Below, one piece after another: positions 1 to 10,787 of a stretch of DNA of 64,000 nt. The notes under the pieces were generated by a model. The model was not told where the DNA came from, did not search any database, and saw only the letters and a program-made list of their open reading frames with translations. Position numbers and translations under genes: made by a program. Numbering within the stretch: position 1 is the stretch's first letter; every line of letters begins with the position of its first letter. The DNA lies in NCBI GenBank assembly GCA_021325455.1, contig JAJPHD010000010.1, positions 257,248-321,247 on the forward strand, written 5' to 3'. Source of the stretch: Actinomycetota bacterium. GTDB taxonomy: Bacteria > Actinomycetota > Acidimicrobiia > Acidimicrobiales > JAJPHD01.

Positions 1-931
1 CGCCCGGGCCGGGGTGGTCATGGGAACGGGCGTAGGCGGCCTGTCCACGCTGGAGGCCCAGATAGAGATCCTCCACGACCAGGGCCCCCGGCGGGTCTCC
101 CCGTTCCTCATCCCCATGATGATGGCCAACCGGGGGGCAGCAGCCATCTCCATGCGCCTGGGCTGGCGCGGGCCGTGCGAGACCACGGTCACCGCCTGCG
201 CCGCCGGCACCCACGGGATCGCCAACGCCGCCCGCCTGGTCGCCACGGGGCGGTGCCAGGCGGTCATCGGGGGCGGGGCCGAGGCGGCCATCACGCCCAT
301 AGGCATGGCTGGCTTCACCAACATGACCGCCCTGTCGTCCTCAGGCATATCCCGTCCCTTCGACCGGGACCGCGACGGCTTCGTGCTGGGGGAGGGTGCA
401 GGAGCGCTGGTCCTCGAGGACTGGGACCGGGCCGTTTCCCGGGGCGCCCGCATCTACGCCGAGCTGGCCGGGGCGGCCAGCACCGCCGATGCCCACGACA
501 TCGTGGCCCCCTCCCCGGGCGGGGCGGGGGCCGCCGCCTGCATGGAGCTGGCCCTGGCGGACGCCGGGCTCCCGGCTGTGGCCGTGTCCCATATCAACGC
601 TCACGGCACCTCCACCCCCCTCAACGACGCGGCGGAGGCCGAGGCCATCACCAAGGTCTTCGGCACACCCGGCCCCCCTGTCACCTCCATCAAGGGAGTG
701 ACCGGCCACTCCCTGGGGGCCGCTGGGGCCGTGGAGGCCGTGGCGGCCGTGCTCACGATCGTCCGCCGCCAGATCCCGCCCACCGCCGGCCTGGTGAACC
801 TGGACCCGGAGATCCACCTGGACGTGGTGTCGGGCTCGCCCCGGGAGTGGGTGCCCGGCCCCCTCGTCTCCAACAGCTTCGGCTTCGGGGGCCACAACGG
901 CTCCCTGGTGCTGCTGCCGCCTGACCAGTAG
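1..931 (+). CDS. fabF: beta-ketoacyl-ACP synthase II, 5'-truncated at the window edge
   Basis: The reading frame continues from nt 2. KAS motifs are present: TACAAGTH (active-site Cys), INAHGTSTP, GHSLGAAG and a C-terminal NSFGFGGHN. Confidence 0.9.
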   Translation, partial: ARAGVVMGTGVGGLSTLEAQIEILHDQGPRRVSPFLIPMMMANRGAAAISMRLGWRGPCETTVTACAAGTHGIANAARLVATGRCQAVIGGGAEAAITPIGMAGFTNMTALSSSGISRPFDRDRDGFVLGEGAGALVLEDWDRAVSRGARIYAELAGAASTADAHDIVAPSPGGAGAAACMELALADAGLPAVAVSHINAHGTSTPLNDAAEAEAITKVFGTPGPPVTSIKGVTGHSLGAAGAVEAVAAVLTIVRRQIPPTAGLVNLDPEIHLDVVSGSPREWVPGPLVSNSFGFGGHNGSLVLLPPDQ

Positions 932-1010
932 CCAGGGGCCGGCCCTGAGTGGATGAGGGGTTGAGAGAGCAGCGACGCCCTTTCGCCCCCTTACCGGTAC
1001 GGTCGGCGGC

Positions 1011-2690
1011 GTGACCGTCTCCGCAGGATCCCCTGCCGACCTGGCCTTCGGGTCCTTCAGCGAGAACGGGCCCTGGGTGGTGGATCCCGATCACCTGGTG
1101 TGGAGAGGCGGGATCGATGCCCTGAGGCGGCGGACCCGGGGGGAGGTCCCCCAGCTCCTGCGCCGGCGCCGGCTGCCCCCGGGCGCCCGGGTGGTGGCCG
1201 TCGGCGTTCGCCTGGGCTGGGCGGTGGCGGCCTGGTACGCCCTCGACCGTGGTCAGGGCCGGGAGCGGTCCCGGGCAGGCCTCTCCCGGCGGCTCCGGCT
1301 GGCCTTCGAGGCGCTGGGCCCCACCTACATAAAGCTGGGCCAGATCCTCTCGTCCGGCCAGGGCATCTTCCCCGAGGAGCTGGTCTCGGAGTTCCGCCTG
1401 TGCCGGGACCAGGTGCCGGCCGAGCCGTTCGCAGCCGTCAAGGCCATCATCGAGGCCGACCTGGGCCAACCCCTCTCCGCCGTGTTCTCCCACATGGAAG
1501 AGGTCCCGGTGGCGGCCGCCTCCATCGCCCAGGTGCACCCCGCCCGCCTGGTGAGCGGCGAGGAGGTCGTGGTCAAGGTGCAGCGGCCCCAGGTGGCCTC
1601 CCTGGTGCGGCGCGACCTGGCCGCCATGAGCTGGATCGCCCCAGCCCTGGTCGGGCGCATCCCCGTGACCGCCCTGGCCAACCCCCCGGCCCTGGTGGAG
1701 CTGTTCGCCGAGACCATCGTGGAGGAGCTGGACTTCCGGCTGGAGGCGGAGAACATGCTCGACGTGGCCCGGGTCCTGTCGGAGACGGGCACCCGTACCA
1801 CGGTGGTGCCCCGGCCCCATCCACGCCTGGTGACCCGGCGGGTGCTGGTGATGGAGCGCCTGGACGGCTTTGCCTGGGACGACGTGGCAGGCATGCGCGC
1901 CGCCGGCATAGACACCTCGGCGGTGCTGCGGGACGGCATGGTGGCCTTCCTCGAGGGGGCCATGCTCCACGGGGTCTTCCACGGCGACCTGCACGGCGGC
2001 AACCTCTTCGTGCAGCCCGACGGACGGGTGGCCCTGCTCGACTTCGGGATCACCGGGCGGCTGGAGGACCCTCAGCGCCTGGCCTTCCTCCGCCTGGTCA
2101 TGGGGGGGACGGTGAACGACCTCGAGCTGCAGGTGTCGGCTCTCCGGGACCTGGGGGCCCTTCCCCCTGACACCGACATCCGGGCGGTGATCCGTGACCT
2201 GGACCTCGAGGGACCGGTGCAGGACCCCACCCAGATGACCGCCGAGGAGCTCACGGCCCAGATCAGGGAGCTGACCAAGGCCTTGTTGAGCTACGGGGCA
2301 CGGATGCCCAAGGAGCTCATGCTGTTCGTGAAGAACATGCTCTTCCTGGACGCGGCCATCGCCAACCTGGCACCCGACCTGGACCTCTTCGCCGAGGTGG
2401 TGCGGCTGGCCGAGTACTTCGCCACCCGGTACGGCGACCGCATCGCCCGGGAGATCGGGATCGACCCCCGCCTGGCCAGGGTGGACCTGGACGGCCTGCG
2501 TGCCTCCATGGGGCTACCCCCCGATGTGGAGGGCATCACCTACCGGGAGCTCCAGGAGCGCCGGGAGCTCATCCGCCGGCGCATGGAGGAGCACGCCCGC
2601 CGACGGGAGCGTGCCCAGGGCACGGGGGGCTGGATCGGCTGGGCCAGCCGGCGGGCAGGCCGGCTGGTGGGGCGAGCGACGAGGAGGTGA
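1011..2690 (+). CDS. ABC1/UbiB-family atypical kinase
   Basis: Motifs LGPTYIKLGQILSS..FPEE, AAASIAQVH, VVKVQRP and HGDLHGGNL are present. The start is GTG. Confidence 0.85.
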   Translation: MTVSAGSPADLAFGSFSENGPWVVDPDHLVWRGGIDALRRRTRGEVPQLLRRRRLPPGARVVAVGVRLGWAVAAWYALDRGQGRERSRAGLSRRLRLAFEALGPTYIKLGQILSSGQGIFPEELVSEFRLCRDQVPAEPFAAVKAIIEADLGQPLSAVFSHMEEVPVAAASIAQVHPARLVSGEEVVVKVQRPQVASLVRRDLAAMSWIAPALVGRIPVTALANPPALVELFAETIVEELDFRLEAENMLDVARVLSETGTRTTVVPRPHPRLVTRRVLVMERLDGFAWDDVAGMRAAGIDTSAVLRDGMVAFLEGAMLHGVFHGDLHGGNLFVQPDGRVALLDFGITGRLEDPQRLAFLRLVMGGTVNDLELQVSALRDLGALPPDTDIRAVIRDLDLEGPVQDPTQMTAEELTAQIRELTKALLSYGARMPKELMLFVKNMLFLDAAIANLAPDLDLFAEVVRLAEYFATRYGDRIAREIGIDPRLARVDLDGLRASMGLPPDVEGITYRELQERRELIRRRMEEHARRRERAQGTGGWIGWASRRAGRLVGRATRR

Positions 2691-2708
2691 GGCGGGGGCC
2701 CCGGGCCC

Positions 2709-4688
2709 CTACGCCGGCGCCGGCACCTTCTTCCCCGTCCGCCGGCGGAAGTCGTTGATGAGGCCACCCGCCAGCACCATGGAGACCTGGCGGGGGCTCA
2801 GCTGGTGCTCCACCTCGAAGCTCACCCCGTTGGTGAGGTTCTGGACGGTCATGCGGGACCCGGCGCCGGCCGCCACCGCGTCCCGTAAGCCCTCCATGAC
2901 CACCACGTCGTCCCGGTCGATCTTGCCCCTGTCGGCCGGGTCGCAGAAGGTGAGGGGGAGGATCCCGAAGTTGGCCAGGTTCTGCCAGTGGATGCGGGCA
3001 AAGCTCTCGGCTATCACGGCCTGCACCCCGAGGAAGCGGGGCACGATGGCAGCGTGCTCCCGGGACGACCCCTGCCCGTAATTGGCCCCACCGACCAGGA
3101 TCCCCCCGGTGCCGGCGTCCCGGGCGGCCACGGCCCGCTCGTAGAAGCTCTCGTCCACCACGTCGAAGGCGAACCTCGCCAGCTCGGGCACGTTGGACCG
3201 GTAGGGCAGGGCGCGGGCGCCCGCCGGCATGATCTCATCGGTCGAGACGTTGTCGCCCACCACCAGGAGAACGGGGGCCTCGACCCGGTCCGGCAGCGGC
3301 ACCATCTCGGGCAGGGAGGCGATGTTGGGGCCCTTGCGCAGTTCCACCCGGCGGGCGTCCTCGGGGGCAAGGGGGGCCACCAGCATCGAGGTGTTCACCA
3401 GGTGCCGGGACGGCAGCTCCAGGCGCGGGTAGGGGATGCCGAGCGTCCTGGGGTCGGTTATGCGCCCGGTGAGGGCCGAGGCGGCGGCCGTCTCAGGGCT
3501 GCACAGGTAGACCTTGTCCTCCTTGGTCCCGGACCGGCCGGGAAAGTTGCGGGGCATGGTGCGCAGGCTGATCTCGTTGGTGGCCGGCGCCTGGCCCATG
3601 CCGATGCAGCCGTTGCACCCGGCCTGGTGGATGCGGGCACCCGCCTCGATGAGCTGGCCCAGGGCCCCCATGCGGGAGAGCATCTCCAGGTCCTGGCGGG
3701 AGGTGGGGTTCACGTCGAAGCTCACCCGGTCATGGGTCTGCCTGCCCGCCACGATCGCCGCTGCCATGGCGAAGTCCCTGAGGCCCGGGTTGGCCGACGA
3801 GCCGATCACGCACTGGTAGACGTCGGGCCCGGCCACCTCGGCCACCGGCTTGACGTTCCCGGGGCTGGTGGGGAGGGCGATGAGCGGCTCCAGGGCGGAC
3901 AGGTTGATCTCGTCGTGCTCGTCCCACTCGGGATCGTCCTCGGGCACCAGCGCCACCCAGTCTCCGCCCCGCCCCTCTGCCTCCAGGAACCGGCGTACGG
4001 CGTCGTCGGACGGGAAGACGGTGGCCGTGGCGCCCAGCTCGGCCCCCATGTTGGCTATGACGTGGCGGTCCATGGCCGAGAGCTGGGCCAGCCCCGGGCC
4101 GTAGTACTCGATGATCTTGCCCACTCCCCCCTTCACCCCGTGGCGGCGGAGCATCTCCAAGATGACGTCCTTGGCGCTCACCCAATCGGGCAGCCGGCCG
4201 GTGAGGCGCACCCCCATTATCCGGGGCATCTTCACATAGAAGGGGTCGCCGGCCATGGCCATGGCCACCTCCAGCCCCCCGGCCCCTATGGCCAGCATGC
4301 CCATGGAGCCGGCGGCACAGGTATGGCTGTCCGAGCCGAGGAGGGACTTGCCCGGCTTCCCGAAGCGCTGCATGTGCACAGGGTGGCTGACCCCGTTGCC
4401 CGGCTTGGAGAACCAGACCCCGAACCGTTCACAGGCGCTGCGCAGGAAGAGGTGGTCATCGGCGTTGCGGAAGTCCACCTGCAGGAGGTTGTGGTCCACG
4501 TACTGGGCCGAGAGCTCCGTCCTCACCCGGTCGAGGTCCATGGCCTCCAGCTCCAGCATGACCATGGTGCCGGTGGCGTCCTGGGTGAGGGTCTGGTCGA
4601 TGCGCAGCCCGATCTCGGACCCCGGCTGCCCGGGGTCCCCTTCCACCAGGTGGGCGTCTATGAGCTGGCGAGCCACGCTGCGTCCCAT
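2709..4688 (-). CDS. aconitase-family hydro-lyase with fused large and small (swivel) domains
   Basis: Fe-S ligand motifs GSDSHTCAAG and CNGCIGMG are present, plus a C-terminal swivel domain (GGANYGQGSSREHAA). A GAAGGAGG RBS lies 6 nt upstream of the ATG. Confidence 0.85.
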   Translation of the reverse strand: MGRSVARQLIDAHLVEGDPGQPGSEIGLRIDQTLTQDATGTMVMLELEAMDLDRVRTELSAQYVDHNLLQVDFRNADDHLFLRSACERFGVWFSKPGNGVSHPVHMQRFGKPGKSLLGSDSHTCAAGSMGMLAIGAGGLEVAMAMAGDPFYVKMPRIMGVRLTGRLPDWVSAKDVILEMLRRHGVKGGVGKIIEYYGPGLAQLSAMDRHVIANMGAELGATATVFPSDDAVRRFLEAEGRGGDWVALVPEDDPEWDEHDEINLSALEPLIALPTSPGNVKPVAEVAGPDVYQCVIGSSANPGLRDFAMAAAIVAGRQTHDRVSFDVNPTSRQDLEMLSRMGALGQLIEAGARIHQAGCNGCIGMGQAPATNEISLRTMPRNFPGRSGTKEDKVYLCSPETAAASALTGRITDPRTLGIPYPRLELPSRHLVNTSMLVAPLAPEDARRVELRKGPNIASLPEMVPLPDRVEAPVLLVVGDNVSTDEIMPAGARALPYRSNVPELARFAFDVVDESFYERAVAARDAGTGGILVGGANYGQGSSREHAAIVPRFLGVQAVIAESFARIHWQNLANFGILPLTFCDPADRGKIDRDDVVVMEGLRDAVAAGAGSRMTVQNLTNGVSFEVEHQLSPRQVSMVLAGGLINDFRRRTGKKVPAPA

Positions 4689-4755
4689 GGTCAGCCTCCT
4701 TCACCGACGTGGATCGACGAAATGCCTCTCCTCGCTACCTACCCATACCGCCCAC

Positions 4756-5568
4756 TCACGCCTCTCGCCGGCCATCCAGGGCCGCTCTCATCCGGCCCAC
4801 GAAGGCCGCCGCCTCCTGGGGCCCGCCCCCTTCCAGGAGGATCCTCACCAGGGCCGAGCCCACCACCACCCCGTCGGCGTGGGCGGACAGCTCCCGGGCC
4901 TGCCCGGGGGTGGACACGCCCACGCCTATGAGCACCGGCTTGTCCGTGATGGCCTTGAGCCGGCGAGCCATGTGGGCGGCGCTGGTGGCCAGGCGGTCCC
5001 TCTCCCCCGTGACCCCCATGATCCCGACCCCGTAGACGAAGCCTCGCGAGGCCTCGCAGATGGCCCGCAGCCGAGGATCCGGGGTGGTGGGAGCGGCCAG
5101 CAGGACCGTCTCCACGCCCACCTCGCCGGCCGCCTCGGCCCAGGGCCCCGCCTCATCGAGGGGGAGGTCAGGAAGGATGGCGCCCGCCACTCCGGCATCG
5201 GCCAGGCGGGCCGCGAAGCGCCGGTGGCCCGCCCTCTCCGCCAGGTTCATGTAGGTCATGGCAACCAGGGGGACGCCCGGCCGGCGCCGGCCCAGCTCGT
5301 CCAGCAGGCCCTCGGGGGTGGCCCCCGCAGCCAGGGCTCGCGCCGACGCCTCCTGGATGGTGGGGCCGTCCATCACCGGGTCGGAGAACGGGATCCCGAC
5401 CTCGACGGCGTCGGCCCCGGCCTCCGCCACTGCCTCCACCACGTCCAGCCACGAGGGGACCACTCCCCCCGTCACGTAGGGCACCAGCAGCTTGCGGCCC
5501 GCCTCCCTGCCCGAGCGCAGGGCCGCCTCCAGCCGGCCCACGCCCACCACCGCCATCGAGCTAGCCAT
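4756..5568 (-). CDS. trpA: tryptophan synthase alpha chain
   Basis: Motifs LVPYVTGG and [17 protein letters not shown] are present. It overlaps the 3' end of trpB by 8 nt. Confidence 0.95.
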   Translation of the reverse strand: MASSMAVVGVGRLEAALRSGREAGRKLLVPYVTGGVVPSWLDVVEAVAEAGADAVEVGIPFSDPVMDGPTIQEASARALAAGATPEGLLDELGRRRPGVPLVAMTYMNLAERAGHRRFAARLADAGVAGAILPDLPLDEAGPWAEAAGEVGVETVLLAAPTTPDPRLRAICEASRGFVYGVGIMGVTGERDRLATSAAHMARRLKAITDKPVLIGVGVSTPGQARELSAHADGVVVGSALVRILLEGGGPQEAAAFVGRMRAALDGRREA

Positions 5569-6745
5569 CGAGCATGTCCATGACCTGGGCCACGTCCTTG
5601 TCTCCCCGCCCCGAGAGGGTGATCAGGACATTCGACCCCCGGGGCAGCTCCCGCCCCGCCTCCCGGACCACCCAGGCCAGGGCGTGGGCGGGCTCGAGGG
5701 CGGGGATTATGCCCTCGGTGCGGCTGAGGAGCCTGAACGCCTCCAGCACCTCGTCGTCACCGGCCTGGACGTAGCGGGCCCGCCCCACCGATCCCAGGTA
5801 GGCGTGCTCGGGACCGATGCCCGGGTAGTCGAGCCCGGCCGAGATGGAATGGGCCTCCAGGACCTGGCCGTGCTCGTCCTGCAGCAGGCGGGAGCGCATC
5901 CCGTGCACGACCCCGGAGACTCCCCTGGCCATGGCCGCCCCCCCGGCAGCCTCCACCCCCACCAGGGCGGCACCCGTGTCCACGAACCCGGCGAAGGTGC
6001 CCGCCGCGTTGGACCCGCCGCCCACGCACGCCACCACGTAGTCAGGGTCGGCGCCGCCGAGGAGGCGACGGCACTGCTCGCGGGCCTCGTCTCCCACCAC
6101 CCGCTGGAGCTCGCGCACCATCCAGGGGTAGGGATGGGGGCCCATCACCGACCCCAGGCAGTAGTGGGTGGTCTCCACCGTGGCCACCCAGTCCCGCAGG
6201 GCCTCGTTGATGGCGTCCTTCAAGGTGGCGCTCCCGGAGGTCACCGACCTCACCTCGGCGCCGAGAAGCCTCATCCGGAAGGCGTTGAGGGCCTGGCGCC
6301 GGAGGTCCACCTCCCCCATGTAGACGACGCACTCCAGTCCCAGCAGGGCCGCCGCCGTGGCCGCCGCCACGCCATGCTGGCCGGCGCCGGTCTCGGCCAG
6401 GAGGCGGCTCTTGCCCATGCGGGCGGTGAGCAGGGCCTGGCCCACGACGTTGTTAATCTTGTGCGATCCCGTGTGGGTGAGGTCCTCCCTCTTCAACAGG
6501 ACCCGCAGGCCCAGGCGCTCGGACAGGCGGTGGCACTCGGTCACGGGCGTGGGCCGGCCGGCATAGTCGGCCAGGATGGCCCGGTAACGGCCCCGGAAGC
6601 CCTCGTCGGCCCAGGCCGAGGCGAACTCTTCCTCCAGCTCCTGGCAGGCGGGCACCAGGGACTCGGGCACGAACCGGCCTCCGAACTCCCCGAACCGCCC
6701 TCCCCGCCCGGGAGGGCCCATCAGCCCGGGAGGGTGCGCCGTCAT
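5561..6745 (-). CDS. trpB: tryptophan synthase beta chain
   Basis: [11 protein letters not shown] and the PLP-lysine motif [11 protein letters not shown] are present. It overlaps trpF by 4 nt. Confidence 0.97.
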   Translation of the reverse strand: MTAHPPGLMGPPGRGGRFGEFGGRFVPESLVPACQELEEEFASAWADEGFRGRYRAILADYAGRPTPVTECHRLSERLGLRVLLKREDLTHTGSHKINNVVGQALLTARMGKSRLLAETGAGQHGVAAATAAALLGLECVVYMGEVDLRRQALNAFRMRLLGAEVRSVTSGSATLKDAINEALRDWVATVETTHYCLGSVMGPHPYPWMVRELQRVVGDEAREQCRRLLGGADPDYVVACVGGGSNAAGTFAGFVDTGAALVGVEAAGGAAMARGVSGVVHGMRSRLLQDEHGQVLEAHSISAGLDYPGIGPEHAYLGSVGRARYVQAGDDEVLEAFRLLSRTEGIIPALEPAHALAWVVREAGRELPRGSNVLITLSGRGDKDVAQVMDMLDG

Positions 6746-7398
6746 GGCTCCTCCTGCCAGTCGTAGGGGGCGTCGGCCTGGCTCTCGTAGGCGGGATGCT
6801 CAGCTCCCCGGGCGGCGGCGATGAAGGCGCGCAGGAGCCCCGGGTCCTTGCGGCCCGGCTGGGACTCCACCCCGCTCGCCACGTCCACCCCGAAGGGACC
6901 CACCCTCTCGATGGCCGCTGCCACGTTGGCGGGGTCGAGGCCCCCGGCCAGCACCAGGCGGCCATGGTCCACCACCCCTTCGGCCAGGCGCCAGTCGAAC
7001 ACCTGGCCCGAGCCCGGCGAGGGAGCGTCCAGCAGGACCAGGTCCGCCCCGTAGTCGGCGGCGCGGGCCACGTCGGGGTGCCCGGCCCGGAAGGCCTTGA
7101 TCGTGAGCGGGACCCGTTCCCTGATCCAGCGGGCCTCCTCGGGGGACTCGTGGCCATGAAGCTGGGCCCCCCGCAGCCCGACGCCGTTCACCACCGCCAC
7201 CACGGACTCGGGCTCGGCGTCCCGGAACACCCCGATGGTCACCACCTCGGGGGGCAGGCGCCGCACTATGTCGCGCACCGCCTGGGGCGTCATCTGGCGG
7301 GGAGAGGGGGCCAGCACGAAGCCCACGGCATCAGCGTCGAGGGCCACGGCCAGGAGGGCATCCTCCTCCGAGGTGGTGCCGCAGATCTTCACGAACAC
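6742..7398 (-). CDS. trpF: phosphoribosylanthranilate isomerase
   Basis: [12 protein letters not shown]...[10 protein letters not shown] is present. I moved the start to GTG 7398 (or GTG 7392, which forms GTGA with the trpC stop). The 30-codon ATG extension in the ORF track overlaps trpC and is G/P-rich. Confidence 0.85.
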   Translation of the reverse strand: MFVKICGTTSEEDALLAVALDADAVGFVLAPSPRQMTPQAVRDIVRRLPPEVVTIGVFRDAEPESVVAVVNGVGLRGAQLHGHESPEEARWIRERVPLTIKAFRAGHPDVARAADYGADLVLLDAPSPGSGQVFDWRLAEGVVDHGRLVLAGGLDPANVAAAIERVGPFGVDVASGVESQPGRKDPGLLRAFIAAARGAEHPAYESQADAPYDWQEEP

Positions 7399-8204
7399 CC
7401 CTGGCCTCCAGCGCCAGCCCCCGTCCGGGTCCCCGCCTCCACCAGCGAGGCCACCGCCCCCCTGCGGTCCCGGGCGGCCACCAGGCACGATCCCACCAGC
7501 ACCGCCTCGTAGCCGGCGTCGGCCAGCCGGCGGACGTCGGCCGGTCCGCCTATCCCGGACTCGGCCACGGCCAGCACCCCCGAGGGGAGGAGGGGCCGCA
7601 GGCGCTCGGCCCGGCCCCGGTCGACCTCGAAGGTGGCAAGGTCCCGCTGGTTCACCCCCACCAGGCGGGCCCCCGCCGCCAGGGCCGCCTCCAGCTCGTC
7701 CTCCCCGTGCACCTCTACCAGGCTGTCCAGGCCCAGCTGGCGAGCCAGGGCGACCAGCTCGGCCAGCTGGGAGGGGGGAAGGGCGGCGGCGATCAGGAGC
7801 ACGGCATCGGCGCCCATGATGCGGGCGTCGCAGACGTCGGCAGCACTGACCGTGAAGTCCTTGCGAAGGGTGGGCAGCCCGCCCGCTCGCCTGGCCGCGG
7901 CCAGGTCCTCAGCCGATCCGCCGAAGAAGTCCCGGTCGGTGAGCACCGACAGGCACGACGCCCCACCCTCCCGGTATGCCCTGGCCACCAGGGCAGGGTC
8001 CAGGCCCGGGTCGAGCGGCCCCCGGGGGGAGCGCCTCTTCACCTCGGCGATCACAGCCACCCCGTGGGCCCCCCGGATGGCCGCCTCGAAGCCCCCTGGC
8101 ATGGGCGCCACCAGGGCCTGGGCCACCAGCTGGTCGAGGGACCGGCGGTCGGCCGCGGCCGCCTCCCGGTGCGCCGCCAGGATGCGGTCCAGGTAGGTGG
8201 CCAT
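7389..8204 (-). CDS. trpC: indole-3-glycerol-phosphate synthase
   Basis: N-terminal YLDRILAAHR, IAEVKRRSP and the LSVLTD motif are present. Confidence 0.95.
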   Translation of the reverse strand: MATYLDRILAAHREAAAADRRSLDQLVAQALVAPMPGGFEAAIRGAHGVAVIAEVKRRSPRGPLDPGLDPALVARAYREGGASCLSVLTDRDFFGGSAEDLAAARRAGGLPTLRKDFTVSAADVCDARIMGADAVLLIAAALPPSQLAELVALARQLGLDSLVEVHGEDELEAALAAGARLVGVNQRDLATFEVDRGRAERLRPLLPSGVLAVAESGIGGPADVRRLADAGYEAVLVGSCLVAARDRRGAVASLVEAGTRTGAGAGGQGCS

Positions 8205-8271
8205 GCCGAGCCACCCTAGCCAGGGTGGCCAGCCTAGCCACGCCAGCCGTGGTGCCGCCGGCCAGGGTGCC

Positions 8272-9189
8272 TCAGCCCACCAGGGGAAGCGCCCTCACCT
8301 CCGCCGGCACCGGTCCGGGACAGCCCTCCCAGCGCACCGCCAACCCGGCCGGCGGCTCCACCTCCCGCCTCACGTAGGCCAGCGCCACCCCGGCGCCGAG
8401 GCCGGGGGAGAACGCCACCGTCGTGAGCGACCCCAGCACCCGCTCGCCGTCCACCAGCTCCGCCCCGGTGGGAGGGAGCTCCCCCTGGGACCGGTCAGCC
8501 ATCACGATGCCCCGGAGACGCCTGGGCACCCGCGACCCTCTGGCGTCGATGCGCGCCACAAGCTCCTGTCCCGTGTAGCAGCCCTTGGTGAAGCTCACCG
8601 CCAGCCCGACCACTCCCGCCTCGGCGGGGATCGTGCGCTCCCCCAGCTCGCTCCCCATGGCGGGGAAGCCCGCCTCCACCCGCACCGCAGCCAGGGCGTC
8701 GGGGCTGCACAGGGGGACTCCCCCTGGGGGCTCCACCGCCGGGCCCAGGAGGTCCACCCCCGGGGCGCCGGGCCAGAAGCACGGCACCACGAGCGGCGCC
8801 GCCTCGCCTGCCGCCACCGAGGAGGCCCGGGGCCCCCGCAGCGCCAGGCAACGCCACCCCACCAGGGGCTCCAGGTCCACCTTCATCCGCAGACGGAACC
8901 GGGCCAGGCGGGCCAGGACGGCCTCCCCCCAGCCGCCGTCCACGTCGAGGACCATGGTGTCGTCGCCCGTCCGGGTGACCCGGAGGAAGGCGTCCACCTT
9001 CCCCTGGGGCTGCAGCAGCAGGGACAGCGCCGAGGCGCCTTCCTCCAGGGCGGCCACGTCCTGGCTGAGCTGGCCCTGGAGGTACTCCACGGCCTGGGGG
9101 CCCGAGGCGATGAGGACGTCCCGGGGGACCGGGACCGCCCCCACCTCCTCCCGCAGCGCCCGGTACTCCCCGGCCAGGTCCCCGCTCAC
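8272..9189 (-). CDS. YgfZ/GcvT-family folate-binding protein
   Basis: Aminomethyltransferase-fold signature (YRALREEVG..., GPQAVEYLQGQLSQDV, KGCYTGQE). The start is placed at GTG 9189, forming a GTGA overlap with the trpE stop. Confidence 0.75.
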   Translation of the reverse strand: MSGDLAGEYRALREEVGAVPVPRDVLIASGPQAVEYLQGQLSQDVAALEEGASALSLLLQPQGKVDAFLRVTRTGDDTMVLDVDGGWGEAVLARLARFRLRMKVDLEPLVGWRCLALRGPRASSVAAGEAAPLVVPCFWPGAPGVDLLGPAVEPPGGVPLCSPDALAAVRVEAGFPAMGSELGERTIPAEAGVVGLAVSFTKGCYTGQELVARIDARGSRVPRRLRGIVMADRSQGELPPTGAELVDGERVLGSLTTVAFSPGLGAGVALAYVRREVEPPAGLAVRWEGCPGPVPAEVRALPLVG

Positions 9190-10787
9190 GGCCCCACCAC
9201 CGCCAGGCCGGTTCCCGGCGCTCCCGGGGAGCCCAGCGGCCCGTCCCAACCCAGACGGGCCGCCGTCATGCGCCGGGCCGCCGGCACCGCCGCCAGCAGG
9301 GCGGCGGCCTTGCTGGCACATTCCCTGTCCTCGGCGGCGGGGTCGCTGTCGGCCACGATGCCCGCCCCGGCCTGCACCGATGCCCGCCCGTCCGGTCCCA
9401 CCAGCATGGTGCGGATGGCTATGGCAGTGTCCAGGTTGCCCGAGAAGTCGAGGTAGCCCACCACTCCGGCATAGGGCCCCCTCTTGGTTGGCTCCAGCTC
9501 GTCGATGATCTCCATGGCCCTCACCTTGGGCGCCCCCGAGACGGTGCCCGCCGGCAGGGTGGCCCGCAGGACGTCCACCGGCCCCAGGCCCGGCCGCAGC
9601 TGGCCCGACACCTGCGAGGTTAGGTGCATGACATGGCTGTAGCGCTCCAGGGTCATGAGCTCGTCCACACGCCGGGTCCCGTATACGGCGACCCGGCCCA
9701 CGTCGTTGCGGGCCAGGTCGACCAGCATCACGTGCTCGGCCCGCTCCTTGGGGTGCTCAGCCAGCTCGGCGGCCAGCCGCCGGTCCTCCTCCTCGGTCCG
9801 GCCCCGCCGGCGGGTCCCGGCGATCGGCCTGGAGACCACCCGCCCTCCGAGCACCCGGACCATGGGCTCGGGGGACGACCCCACCACGGTCACGGACGGG
9901 TGGCGCACGAAGTACATGTAAGGGCTCGGGTTGACCTGGCGCAGCACCCGGTACACGTCGAACGGCTCGGCCGCCACGTCCAGGTCGAAGCGCTGCGAGA
10001 GGACGACCTGGAAGATGTCGCCGGCTGCGATGTGCTCCTTGGCCACCTCAACGGCCCGCTGGTAGGCGGGCGCCGGCACCGTCCGCCTGAAGGCAGGAAG
10101 CGCCTCGCCGGCCACAGGCGGTGGCCCCAGGGCGGCCTGGGTGGGGAACAGCGGCCGACCCAGGTCGTGGGCCATGGACTCCAGGCGCCGGCCGGCGGCC
10201 AGCCAGGCCGCCTCCAGCTCATGGCGTCCCCACCCGGGATCGACCACGACATTGTCGATGAGCACCACCCGCTGGCGCCAGTGGTCGAAGGCCGCCAACT
10301 GGCCTATCACCGAGACGATGGCATCGGGGAAGCCCCGGTCGTCCGGGGGGATGCTGGGAAGGTGCTCGACTTCCCTCACCACGTCGTAGCCGAGGTAGCC
10401 GACCACTCCCCCGTGGAGGGGAGGGAGCTCGGCCAGGGCCGGCGACCGGTAGGCGTCGAGCAGGGCGGAGAGGGCGGCCAGGGCACCCTGGTCGAGGGGC
10501 ACCGCCGCCCAGGCGGGGAGCCGGCCTTCCACCGACAGGGCCCGGCCCCGGGTGACCAGGGTGGCAGATGGGTTCCGGCCCACGAAGGAGAACCGGCCCC
10601 AGCGCTCCCCGCCCTCCACCGACTCGAGCAGGAAGCCCGGTCCGTCACCCACCACCCGCAGGAAGGCAGCCACGGGCGTGAGGGTGTCGGCCATGAGCTC
10701 CCGCCACACGGGCACGACGCTGTGCTCGCCGGCCAGAGACACGAAGTCCCCGAGGCCGGGCGAGCAGGGCCGGGTCGCAGCCGTCAC
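9186..10787 (-). CDS. trpE: anthranilate synthase component I
   Basis: Chorismate-binding motifs are present (LSQRF, GTRRRG, GAPKVRAMEII, GAGIVADSDP). The GTG start forms GTGA with the stop of the upstream groES-like gene. Confidence 0.95.
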   Translation of the reverse strand: MTAATRPCSPGLGDFVSLAGEHSVVPVWRELMADTLTPVAAFLRVVGDGPGFLLESVEGGERWGRFSFVGRNPSATLVTRGRALSVEGRLPAWAAVPLDQGALAALSALLDAYRSPALAELPPLHGGVVGYLGYDVVREVEHLPSIPPDDRGFPDAIVSVIGQLAAFDHWRQRVVLIDNVVVDPGWGRHELEAAWLAAGRRLESMAHDLGRPLFPTQAALGPPPVAGEALPAFRRTVPAPAYQRAVEVAKEHIAAGDIFQVVLSQRFDLDVAAEPFDVYRVLRQVNPSPYMYFVRHPSVTVVGSSPEPMVRVLGGRVVSRPIAGTRRRGRTEEEDRRLAAELAEHPKERAEHVMLVDLARNDVGRVAVYGTRRVDELMTLERYSHVMHLTSQVSGQLRPGLGPVDVLRATLPAGTVSGAPKVRAMEIIDELEPTKRGPYAGVVGYLDFSGNLDTAIAIRTMLVGPDGRASVQAGAGIVADSDPAAEDRECASKAAALLAAVPAARRMTAARLGWDGPLGSPGAPGTGLAVVGP

